Sequence record: NC_016571.1 | DNA: 64,000 bases | Strand: one strand, 5' to 3' | Shown: positions 12,101-19,348 of the stretch, piece by piece | How positions within the stretch are numbered: position 1 is the stretch's first letter | How the letters are laid out: each line of letters opens with the position of its first letter | Program-made: the position numbers and the translations under genes | The notes under the pieces: generated by a model | What the model was told of the DNA's origin: nothing | What the model saw: the letters and a program-made list of their open reading frames with translations, nothing else | The model's database searches: none

Positions 12101-15100
12101 TAGTCAATTCGATTGGAGAGCCAGAGACATTGAGCACCAATGGATATTCGATTTGATCTTTGTAGAAGCCCTTAAACGTTTCTGGAGCTGTTACAACGTT
12201 CAGACCATCTGGCCACTGTACTTTAGTGGTGATAGGTGCTGAGATTGTTTCAGAGCCTTCTGTACGTTTAAACACCAGGTTCATCGGATATTCCCCACCA
12301 CGAGTAGTAGTGTAGTTAATCACGAAACCTTTACCTTCCACAAACATACCGTTATCTAACAGTTTGATTGTTTCAGGAATGGTGCTAGAAGCTAATACAA
12401 GTTCGATCTTGTCGGTTACGTCGTTACCTTTATATACAAAGTTGGCAACAATTTCACCACCTTCAGATGACTTAACATCGATGGCTTTTGGATCGTAATC
12501 AATACCGAAGGTAATCTGATCCCACTCGGCTAAGTTAAAGACAGCATCTGTCATGAACTCGCCTTTAGATTCACCAACTTCCCAGGTGATCTTTAAAGGA
12601 ACAGTAGTGGTGATAGCAGTTTTCTCAGCCCAAGTAACAGACCAGTTATAACGGTTCACACTGATGTAGGTATTGCCACCAGGGACAGTTACTGTTCTAG
12701 TTCCCGTTGTCCAGTCTTTCGTACCAGCCATAAGCTTGATAGGGAAAGAACCGGTATCCCAGATCTTGGCATCGATAGGTTGCTTATCGTATTCCAGTCT
12801 CAGAGGAGGGAAGGTAATCAGTGCAGGCATGATCAAGACTTGCTTGAACGTGTTGACTGGATTCAGTGGATCGGTATACTCAATGGTCAGTTCTGTACCG
12901 ACGTTATAAGTACGACCTACGAAACGCCACAGGTTGTCAATGACACGCAGGTGATCTTCTTCACGAGAAATAATCTCAACGTCAGAGACTTTAGTTTTGG
13001 TAATCTTCAGAATAGGATCGTTCAGAGGAACGTTAACACCTGCGAATTCAAATACAGGTTTGAACTGTCCTTCCTCTTCTACATTCATAGCCAAATTAGT
13101 TGGCCACTCAATTACCTTGAATGTACGAGCCTGTTCAATCACTGCACTAAACAGAACAACACCACGCTGCTCAGGTGCGGGTACCAGGATTTCCTTCTTA
13201 GCAAATGCGTAGCGGCCAGCGCCAGTACCTGCCTTCATCTTGGTATAGTCAAGTTCGAGATTACCAGTGGCATCATTGAACTTCAGCGCATTGAACTTCA
13301 GTTGTTCTGGAACAGAAGAGTTAGCGTCAACAATTCCGACCAGTTCTGAAATATCAACACCTTCTTCGAAGACCTTGAATTCCAGTTTGCCTTTCTCATC
13401 TGTTTTACCTGTGATGGAGAAACTAGATGGAACAGCAACAACCAGGGTGTTCTCGCCATCTTCCCCGCCACCACCTTGAGTATACTTTCTAACAACAAAG
13501 TCTTGCTCAAATGTAAAGCGAGTGTTAACGCCATCAATTACTACGAAGAACTCAAACTCAACTTTGACAGGTGTGTCTTCTGTCTTACTGGCCTGAAGCA
13601 CACGCCAGGTGTTGGGAGCTTTAGGTTCATTATAGATGTATCCGTTATCACCAACAACGGCCAGGTTCTTAACCAGTTCAGTTTGGTTCTCGCCATTCAA
13701 CATAAAGGTGAATGTAGTCTTACCAGTCTGGTAACGGTCAACGAACAGTGGTGTTGGACCTGGGACAACTTCATAGACAGAACGACGTTTGACTTCAACG
13801 TTGATCGTGTATTCCGGAGCATAGCGAACACCACGAGGGTCAACCCACGTTAATGTCTGTCTAAAGCTATCCAGAATAGATTGGCCGTCTATATCAGAAT
13901 CGCGTAACAGTTTGAAACGCACACCTTCATCGGTTACTTCGAGGAACTCGATTAAGCGTTTATCACCTTTGACTCCAAGTTTAATACCCAGTTCTTTAGG
14001 TGATACTACTTGAGGTTCTTCTTCATCAGGTAATCCGTAAACTGCCTGGATGATCATCAGACCTTCTTCGTCTTTATAGCCACGAAGTGAAGTCATGATG
14101 CTGGTAACACGGAAGGAAGGTTTGACTTCTGGTTTAACAACGATCATGTTCACAAAAGCCGGAGCTTTATAAAGTGTTCCTGAATCGCTGTACTGGAAGT
14201 CAGCACGATACAGCTCAGTATCTTTATCCCAGTTCACTGGTAGATTACCGGTGATTGCACCACGGTAAGTCATAGAGCCATCTGGTAGAGTCTCGACATA
14301 AGCCAAGTTACCATATTTCTTCTTAGACTCAAATTCAGTAGCTGGGATGTTCAGAGTAACTGGATTACCCTGGAAGAACGCCTGAACGTTAACTTCAACC
14401 ACGTCACCTTTAGATGCAGTGATCTCGGCAGGAGTCACCACAAAGGTCAAATCCAACTGTTCATCTTTCTCGATGATAACTTTGATACGGAAAGTCTTCT
14501 TAACCGGACGACCCATGTACATGTGAGTAACACGTACCACGATGAAGTCAGTCACTTCCTTATCAGTCGCACCGAAGATCGTTTCACCCTCAATGGACAG
14601 TTTGTCATCAGAACGTCTCGGAATGGTGTAACCCGAATCAGTAGTGATGTCAACCTGAGCAGTCATGGTGATATCTTCTACACCACCGAACCAATAGGTG
14701 TTCGGGATGTTGAAGTCTTTACCACGGCTAGAGGTGATTTCGGTTGGGAGGTTAGATGTAATCTCAGGGAGCATCGCTTCGGCTTTAACCAGTTCATAAA
14801 TGAACAGCGGGAATTCACCCATACCGAATGCCGGATCAGTTACCTTAACCGTACCGGATTCTAACGTATCGTAATCGATAGAGGTCAGAGACTCACGAGT
14901 AGAAGTATAGGTATTAAAGAACAGCCCACCGAAAGCTTTTTGCATGCCAGACATGGTCTTGGCGTTTTCTTGGTTGAGCAGAACACCGTAAGTATTCTTA
15001 TAAGTCAACCAAAGCAGTGTAGCTTCAACATCATCGTTTGCTTTAGCATATGCTTTAAGTTCGTCAACATCATTGATCTCAACAAAAGGAACAGCGAAGT

Positions 15101-15389
15101 CCTCAAGGATCTCTTTAATGGTAACGCGTTTAACTTCAACGTCAGCACGAGCAAAGCCAGTCTTACGAGATACGATACAAACACGGACGATACCATCCGG
15201 AAATGAGATTGGGTCTTCAATAACAAGATCACCCGCAATCAAACCGGTGTAACGTTGCCGAGCAAGTTCTAACTCGTCATTAGGATCATCGATCTCAAGG
15301 TCAGCAATACGCTGCTTCAGATATTTGATCACAGGAGTGAATAAAGGATCTTTAATCACTTTACTGTTGGTTCTTGTAATAATCGCCAT
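3150..15389 (-). CDS. 4079-aa giant virion fibre/adhesin-like protein: N-terminal anchor domain plus many ~100-aa beta-sandwich repeats
   Basis: Uninterrupted 12.2 kb ORF with phage codon usage. Recurrent motifs (kiWdkGxlPFkV..G.DiT; F.i..WDG; P..i.Gk.g; Yv....W.v) in a V/T/G/P-rich beta composition. Function is inferred. Confidence 0.85.
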   Translation of the reverse strand: MAIITRTNSKVIKDPLFTPVIKYLKQRIADLEIDDPNDELELARQRYTGLIAGDLVIEDPISFPDGIVRVCIVSRKTGFARADVEVKRVTIKEILEDFAVPFVEINDVDELKAYAKANDDVEATLLWLTYKNTYGVLLNQENAKTMSGMQKAFGGLFFNTYTSTRESLTSIDYDTLESGTVKVTDPAFGMGEFPLFIYELVKAEAMLPEITSNLPTEITSSRGKDFNIPNTYWFGGVEDITMTAQVDITTDSGYTIPRRSDDKLSIEGETIFGATDKEVTDFIVVRVTHMYMGRPVKKTFRIKVIIEKDEQLDLTFVVTPAEITASKGDVVEVNVQAFFQGNPVTLNIPATEFESKKKYGNLAYVETLPDGSMTYRGAITGNLPVNWDKDTELYRADFQYSDSGTLYKAPAFVNMIVVKPEVKPSFRVTSIMTSLRGYKDEEGLMIIQAVYGLPDEEEPQVVSPKELGIKLGVKGDKRLIEFLEVTDEGVRFKLLRDSDIDGQSILDSFRQTLTWVDPRGVRYAPEYTINVEVKRRSVYEVVPGPTPLFVDRYQTGKTTFTFMLNGENQTELVKNLAVVGDNGYIYNEPKAPNTWRVLQASKTEDTPVKVEFEFFVVIDGVNTRFTFEQDFVVRKYTQGGGGEDGENTLVVAVPSSFSITGKTDEKGKLEFKVFEEGVDISELVGIVDANSSVPEQLKFNALKFNDATGNLELDYTKMKAGTGAGRYAFAKKEILVPAPEQRGVVLFSAVIEQARTFKVIEWPTNLAMNVEEEGQFKPVFEFAGVNVPLNDPILKITKTKVSDVEIISREEDHLRVIDNLWRFVGRTYNVGTELTIEYTDPLNPVNTFKQVLIMPALITFPPLRLEYDKQPIDAKIWDTGSFPIKLMAGTKDWTTGTRTVTVPGGNTYISVNRYNWSVTWAEKTAITTTVPLKITWEVGESKGEFMTDAVFNLAEWDQITFGIDYDPKAIDVKSSEGGEIVANFVYKGNDVTDKIELVLASSTIPETIKLLDNGMFVEGKGFVINYTTTRGGEYPMNLVFKRTEGSETISAPITTKVQWPDGLNVVTAPETFKGFYKDQIEYPLVLNVSGSPIELTNANLSVTFDAGDADPISVVEMRGESLLLSLDAGGDEDTDYTYPTTITLVWNDVGTGQPQTVVLDQVGTIRISRVEIQRNPVENVNVYDYGDIKIRLADERGLNVEIQEYVPRGTSPYIAFEEPQGWYVVQGSKTQPIEASLPLTLTYDNGGLRRTIDASVLFDIAKFDGIDYKGEVAPLKLDGKAGMAGDLQFEFTYKGKPYTESVLDDTNTVIPKNLAVLPYDPETGKVTYTLVGQAEDTAKFVFKMATAGATPVEGMDQLTLTVPVKSVSSDEVFTLGDHGDKTEMFWKGTDLLTLNLKYGEYDLPANAPGLKYTITGLNGAGDNYVSVGGKSSNGIYIKGERSNVPGGIETFNFVLDIEYEVGAPTPKTASFNFTAKITMGEVEVTNNDDYHAVNIWDKGSFWQGLKTPESAVAIDHFELVTPDNRYVELTPPRGYEIIGAEPTTGNQVIPMRAYYKVDAVAELQVIAFEATFRITGSTSVRFKVIATPSKIETGIDSDVTLSFRPVYKDQNVGSRATFKQDLSTIPAQVEVKQAIVNGILHEITFTGKKGGVAQTKVVFWSPDAGTNPKPRDVVELTLDTRVLGELTLEVGERDNLLTGTHKDTGTYKLELLFGLLPLDIQKEIAAGNLTITRETGASTMPNAFVLNPKTWHADSFDYELFGPVAPGQTVNVSDFLNVTYRFGGTNYTRRIEIPMSYTTPKPTALSGNTFGSSVTPKTMWSSQVVSPILTCADTTIVNTTYPLQRIDYTETGKGKYVWIDNTLTRQCTVEGSEVGGIANQVVPFRFYATYRNWEYTADIDTFWWVEPWDGRTFRVAFTAGNPATPNVDTDFTFTVSQRYRATIQTTNLIDETLTDWKGLMEVKSVTTNGTTTTYTCRALDPGKETIPITFRRAGGPTPGVADLDYAVVNFDLEIVTPPLVITGLTNPILAGNQDIRSSGNNRVVLSGKSIPLNDPDLTITPANEDIFRITARSATDMTYEITAPLDKPKEIFGTLLEFVYTNPATNRVHKGTAEQRVQIQDPDDYPRWQPRSGGFSIYDSLYKSVKIPNWIRANGVDISEQCQFLTLTPTPDQFGWMILNPDFPATSKNQLFIIGKAPGDTAGSYKDHVFTFKAPFRGGWVDGTAAIDTNWNWPGPIAQFTCTPNTFTQLTKKVGEEFEVPFGLALYGKPHLTGYLAVDETKTANLNEPLTKYFEVMGQRVDAGITYLKLKTKLSYNGVMNFVWYTELLPAEEGRDAVNRVKPAVTMTPELETVPNPGDPKLVFRRYNLPFKVMSGDVDITATDVTLISVAGPNGIIGDENTEAVAKLNVGTAGASAGSWGGVAWTAGPTWLLLKCDVADSEVELTFKVRTSARYGTKDLTVVQKVSTVAWDQIQFKIEVQTLQAFHQNVGGQAKPAVYDQDGNLIIAFPYSAADSYSGSVVLVGRALGANYVPNTLVATNAPISNASALVNQSKINSTSDGIYTWKSGGGNGTSVNAQLKANKVGEHLGKLGLEWNWNSANTSPINGYPLGTDKKNSAEIPVKYVAFDPKLTWKDDLPPAEVSGAYQASVKVPTNGLMFGPAIQVNMAGNTAGETFTVTSLNTALATISTGTNDKGLDFFTIKIAYNNTGSDIETVLPIRLSWSPVSGRTYTLEYDQKVLIKGTGGVDPVPEIVEITPQTTRMYKSGGAAGFKVSYQGQVITPTYTTGWMNDAVLESDGYLEYKKDPSALWTCVKADPTEKQLTAKYIFTFTDGVRSFPMEAEVPFTIEAWDGKDLVVTNFSGVGNRQIPYNQTGGMSLLLEYKGRSVSMNNLSTWDIPKAEFEQLNPGLQFATRGSNSPANWGVFSFKVISQFIGKVRYPVYYTGPDADPDPEKNKVIIEETSEMVGYEEKLYWFPDNIPPVQVEGKKDDIVDIPIPLSMGLNIERNSLPGAQSNQFGFSVLTNGTLVEVLKTAAPVTPTTARIKILADNRGEDQVIVVKMRLNLPYYNARLINATIEWDQEVLIKGTGAGDTTIPKNITNPTVDVWQIGAALFDIEHNGKAVSLNQYKSVTVKQNDYVRTNPDYNPANPRTVVWEVYNGTAAGVVTPVTFIAVFNDGFKDVTLEVTSQFTIRPYDGKEFAVELHTPNAFNGGMVTTVGAQGTFYVKGSYRTRAMVAADLGVKYGVWAKNITMPGHTLKLQGAGAGASPSFQPVYTTAGATDMMASEDGYFLFGLLSKENDPNAVENVDYVKVKLPCYVYYSDKYYPRTDVVQPTAVEGRYSPTNALKYPLAFSIRYGLTPVVLTHGGASWVKGPLITSNGANVTTTQISVWFESELTTDPKITKDALIGFGKVGGEDKFAWFTVAATQISNITFPEVEDVQEVTASLGDTGPLPFKVTLDGVDKTSTVTLTTISANDYIGLVDGKWQVLNAPAADTDVVVKMTVSVPSGASAVNLSTDVTFHLKAWDGNFIVTDVKSIDGKVWDKGTELPFKVKTAIGGNEIPAKWITGISVVSPNNRVEAGPLITKPWKIIAGDQTQAVTEEVTYTITVNSGKVTKSPTQKVLFNIGKYDGIELVLRVTGDGNNGNTMAVSSGGGNNATLRVAGIYKGEPVSSLTHVALGQGGSMSGPTVYAGTGPALIYQFTPNRNAHAASWIDVTAKVTGSTDPKQQAKIRVPISIYSSPAYIFIEGPNAVTGKLGDELTVNVIGYTSNTRLDYSEAKNGITFLPAGVIEYVPGSGKVDSFKVRFLADVDSAVHTVISTTVAAKTPPIYSGKFDLSVTQQPAATPEITDVQDVVAKIWDKGELPFKVMFKGNDITADCTLTGISANSYVRKGEGNTWEVYDAATAESTVMPEFTVTYGTGIDLVTLKQTVKFTVKGWNGKLLKPVAEDSVGVVGKTGQIHIGGSFGDGKLYPDTTVDIATIDGKGIITVTKVEKATDDGLLLTYTGDVVGTEDITVRVKAIVDSGNAIEGSDFADVTLNVRILPATLTPSDDFETDVIGDVYHPATVKQSVSA

Positions 15390-15468
15390 GTTGGTCGATT
15401 CCTATATAAGTTGATATACTCTACACTAGTGTTTGAAGCAAAGTATTCGATACCCAGCACAGAAATAC

Positions 15469-15499
15469 AGAGTCTACCGGGGATGACCCGGTAGACTCT
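15469..15499 (-). terminator. Intrinsic terminator hairpin (CTAC/GTAG family)
   Basis: 13-bp perfect stem AGAGTCTACCGGG-gatga-CCCGGTAGACTCT just after the stop at 15509; GTATTTCT follows on the minus strand. Confidence 0.75.
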
Positions 15500-15508
15500 T
15501 ATATTAAG

Positions 15509-18500
15509 TTACACTTTTAATTTAAGCGTGGTTGGTTTATTAGCCTTACCAGATCGCACTTCAAGTTGAACTTCGAACTCAACCGGATGAGGGGGTGGGT
15601 ACTTAACTATCTTAATCGTTAATGTACGAGCCACAGAGTTAGATGAAACAGTCAGTCCAGCAAATGTACCAGACTGAGTAATGACCTTCCCAGAAACGTC
15701 CTCAGGTCCAATCTGAGTACCTTCATAAGTCGCTGGATAAACGTACACAACTTCGGTATCGGTTATCTGAACTTTAGGTGTTCCTAACACAAGACGGTTG
15801 TACGGTTTATTGATTCCGTAAACAATCACGTCTGCTTCATAACTAACACCGTCTTTGCTAATACCGCGAACTTTATGATGGACATCTTGTTTGTCATTCA
15901 GGAAGACGATAAACTCACCGTAAACCAGATTGGTAACAGGATCGATAGCCAGCTTACCTTTAGCCAATCTTACATCCTTGGAGGCAGTCCATATTACATC
16001 GCTAAGTTCATTACCCATATTGGTCCAGTATATTCTCAGGACATCCGTCTTAGGGATTATCTCGGAATATACTTGTTGGGTATAACCAACGTTATCTGTG
16101 TTAGCATAACCGGATCTCAGAATAACTTGGTTAGGTGCGCCTTCGATGCTCAGAGCGATATCAAATAGAATAGCTTCGGCATCCACACCAACCTTCTGAT
16201 TAAGTTTTAGAGTATCGCCAATTTGGACCAAATCAATAGGTTCCACTTTAGCTTTCTCACCACCAAACAGATAGTTGATCTTTTCGATCTTAGCAACACC
16301 CACTGAATTACCACGGGTATTCTTCAAGTCATAAGTAAATTCGAATGACCGAGTCGCATTATCCCATACTGGTTTCTTTGTGACCTCAACTGAAAACTTT
16401 GGTTCTTGAGGGGCCGAGCTCTCAATTACACCATCGAAAGAGATAGGGTAAACAGTAGTGTCCGGAGTAGGGAGCATGAATACGTTATTACCTGCGTAAT
16501 ACATATCCTTGCCACGGTTAATTACGGCAGGGAACTTAATGGTGAGTTCATTGCCCACTTGGTTCCACGATGCTACTGGTTCACCAGGAAGGTTATTCAC
16601 TTGCTCTTTCCAGATGCGCTGATTCATACTAATGTATTCAGCAGGAATAGAAGACCAGTCGCCAATCACCCAAGTAACTTCCAATGGTCTAGCTAGATCG
16701 TCACCTATCTTCATGCTTTTGAATTCAGCACGACCAGGAACATTATACTGCTCTTTAAATTCCAGAGTCAGTGTGTTCTTCTGGTCAACGATAAGTGATA
16801 ACGCTCCTTCGAGCACCTGAGATTTCAGTGGGTCATCCAGACGAATACGAATAGCGAAGGTTTTAAGTTCATCCACTGCGCGCATACTGACCAGTGTAGC
16901 GCCAGGGATATTAACATCGCCCAAGGTTACACTTTTGCTTTCACCTAGGTCATGTCTAACCACGCCAACACATATTTCTGTGTATCGGGTGCCCGACAAA
17001 ACAGGATGTGCTAAACCAGCATATTCTAATTCAGCCTCAAACTTAGGCTCTTGTTTGAATTCTACCGTAGCAAGTTTATCAGAGAAGTCAGTGACGTTAG
17101 TATCAGCAAAGCGAATATCAAGGGAGTAGTTACTTCCTGACCAATCCAGCTTACCTAACTCAACGGTCATTGTCACAGCGCCATTCTTAAATGCAAAATC
17201 AGAATAGTTGCGGATTCCCTTGTGTGGATAAATCTCTTCCACGCTCACTACGTCGGTGATGTTAGCTGTGGGCATCCCATCCGGAGTACGCAAACCGAAT
17301 GACAGCCTTACCCTATTACCATCTAACAGTTCAGATTTAACACCCGATACTAAATAAGGGTAGAAGTCAGAACCTATGGTAACATTGGTCTTAACTGACA
17401 TCGGAGGTAATCCATAATCAGGGGTATTGATCAGAGCTGTAAATTCAAACTCGTCTTTCATACCGCTTGGGATAACGTCAACGTAATAAGTCAGATTACC
17501 CTCTTCACTAGAGTACTCCCACTTTTTGACTAACACTCTTCCATTAGGGGTTGAGACTTCATTAGCCATTGTTACGTTGATTGGGTGCGTTCCATCTTCC
17601 CACTGTAGCTTGGTTGTTACGCCAAGAGTATTGTCATTGACCAGCTTAGACATCACTGGGGTAGAAGTTAATTCACCCTCACCGGGTTTCAGGAATAGCT
17701 CAACCTCATCGCTGAAAATAATAGAGCGACAGTTATCAGAAGCAAAAACAAGTCGACCACCGAGAAGTTTCTTAACAGGTCTAAGAGTACGAGCCGCCCC
17801 TCTGAACGTAATCTTAACCACGTTCGCACCAAGATGTTCGAGTTCTGTTTCATACTGAGAACCTTTATTCTCGGCAAGTTTAACTGTGCCGATTGGGTAC
17901 CCTCTTGAAAGTATGAGGGTCTCAACAACATCAGCTGTTTTGATTTCAGTGGCGATCGAATCGATAGCGAGGGATTTCAACACTACTTTCATATCGTAAA
18001 GGAAATCATTTCCTCTAAAGCTATAAATACCTAATGCTGAGAATTCGACATCACGACTATCATCTTGGCGGACATTCCACTGAAGGACTGTCTTGCCTTC
18101 TACAGATTTAACTGATGGAGATAAGATATCTCCCAGACCACGTGAAGTGAATGCATTACGCTGGTAATCATTCAACAGCGAAATAGGAACATTCAGTCCA
18201 GTTTCATCCGAAGTAACTGTAATCGGCAGATTGATTGTTTCGCCTTTAAAGAAAGGGGTACCGTACGCAATCTTACATTTTACTTGCTTAGGTGGGATCT
18301 GAACCAGCAGGCTAACAAAGTGAGGATCGAACTCATCGGCTGTGACTAACATACCCAGCTCATAATCCATTTTAATTAGATTATTTTCATTCACTTTAAT
18401 AGATGCACGAAGATCACCAGTAAGAGGATTGTAATCCACTTTAGAGACCTTAACAGAACCACTTGGTACATTGGTAGCCGATTTCAGAGTAAGCGGTATA

Positions 18501-19267
18501 GAGAGCTTCTCAGGGGGTTTACCTGTCGTACCCCAACGGAAGTTAGCTACAAATGTTAAAAGACCCTTTTCAATAAACCCACCAACCACACGAGACCGAA
18601 TCGTTCTGCTGCGAGGTACGGGACTTTTGACTTTAACATTGGTCGTGGTTTTAGTTTCTTCAACCGCTACTGGGAATTGGACATCGACATCAACCATGTT
18701 GCCCGTAAGCTTATCCATTTTGATGTTGACTGTTAGCTCACCGAGATTACTATCCCAAGTGTGCCAAACACCAGGACCGCTTACATCTACCCAAGCTCGT
18801 TTAGTTGGGCGACCGTCATCACGGGTGACACCAAGAACTACCTTTAATACCTCATCCGTAATACTGGATGAGATTCTCGTGACTTTAGGACCCAACTCGA
18901 GTTTGGACATGCGAGTCTTGAAAGTCAGTGTTGCGGTGTTGTCAGGAGTTTCAACAACCGTCTCGAACAGATATTCTAATACCTGGTCACTATTAGCGGA
19001 AGGTTGGATTTCCATAGTGAATGCAAACAAACCGCTCTCAGGTTTCCAATCAAACCAAATAGGGTATTTGGTTTTGTCTTTTGCATTAACCGTATTAATG
19101 AATGGGGTACGGACCACTGTCCCTTCTGGGATGGATCCTGTATCGTGTTTGATAATAGCGTGAAATGTTACTTGGTCTTTCTTGCTATTGGTTTCTACCT
19201 TTAACAGTTGGACCGAGAACGGTTCATTGGGATCTATCCCAACGCTACTCTCGTGACTAATGTTCAT
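15509..19267 (-). CDS. ~1252-aa beta-sandwich repeat virion protein (putative tail fibre/decoration)
   Basis: Long ORF with ~100-aa repeats (y.p.tG.L...i.v motif). Start moved from 19306 to the ATG at 19267, which has an AGGAG RBS; the ATG at 19306 abuts a hairpin. Confidence 0.75.
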   Translation of the reverse strand: MNISHESSVGIDPNEPFSVQLLKVETNSKKDQVTFHAIIKHDTGSIPEGTVVRTPFINTVNAKDKTKYPIWFDWKPESGLFAFTMEIQPSANSDQVLEYLFETVVETPDNTATLTFKTRMSKLELGPKVTRISSSITDEVLKVVLGVTRDDGRPTKRAWVDVSGPGVWHTWDSNLGELTVNIKMDKLTGNMVDVDVQFPVAVEETKTTTNVKVKSPVPRSRTIRSRVVGGFIEKGLLTFVANFRWGTTGKPPEKLSIPLTLKSATNVPSGSVKVSKVDYNPLTGDLRASIKVNENNLIKMDYELGMLVTADEFDPHFVSLLVQIPPKQVKCKIAYGTPFFKGETINLPITVTSDETGLNVPISLLNDYQRNAFTSRGLGDILSPSVKSVEGKTVLQWNVRQDDSRDVEFSALGIYSFRGNDFLYDMKVVLKSLAIDSIATEIKTADVVETLILSRGYPIGTVKLAENKGSQYETELEHLGANVVKITFRGAARTLRPVKKLLGGRLVFASDNCRSIIFSDEVELFLKPGEGELTSTPVMSKLVNDNTLGVTTKLQWEDGTHPINVTMANEVSTPNGRVLVKKWEYSSEEGNLTYYVDVIPSGMKDEFEFTALINTPDYGLPPMSVKTNVTIGSDFYPYLVSGVKSELLDGNRVRLSFGLRTPDGMPTANITDVVSVEEIYPHKGIRNYSDFAFKNGAVTMTVELGKLDWSGSNYSLDIRFADTNVTDFSDKLATVEFKQEPKFEAELEYAGLAHPVLSGTRYTEICVGVVRHDLGESKSVTLGDVNIPGATLVSMRAVDELKTFAIRIRLDDPLKSQVLEGALSLIVDQKNTLTLEFKEQYNVPGRAEFKSMKIGDDLARPLEVTWVIGDWSSIPAEYISMNQRIWKEQVNNLPGEPVASWNQVGNELTIKFPAVINRGKDMYYAGNNVFMLPTPDTTVYPISFDGVIESSAPQEPKFSVEVTKKPVWDNATRSFEFTYDLKNTRGNSVGVAKIEKINYLFGGEKAKVEPIDLVQIGDTLKLNQKVGVDAEAILFDIALSIEGAPNQVILRSGYANTDNVGYTQQVYSEIIPKTDVLRIYWTNMGNELSDVIWTASKDVRLAKGKLAIDPVTNLVYGEFIVFLNDKQDVHHKVRGISKDGVSYEADVIVYGINKPYNRLVLGTPKVQITDTEVVYVYPATYEGTQIGPEDVSGKVITQSGTFAGLTVSSNSVARTLTIKIVKYPPPHPVEFEVQLEVRSGKANKPTTLKLKV

Positions 19268-19348
19268 ACCAGCTCCTGGAGTAAAGAATCGTCTAAGGAC
19301 GGACATAGAATCTGAGAGCCACAGCCCCCAGATTCTAGTTGTAGTCTT

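Noticed and set aside
615-19204. Many plus-strand ORFs of 60-230 aa (e.g. 12780-13349, 18471-19163) opposite the giant genes
   Set aside because: They are antisense shadows of strongly codon-biased minus-strand genes, lack RBSs and give atypical protein composition.
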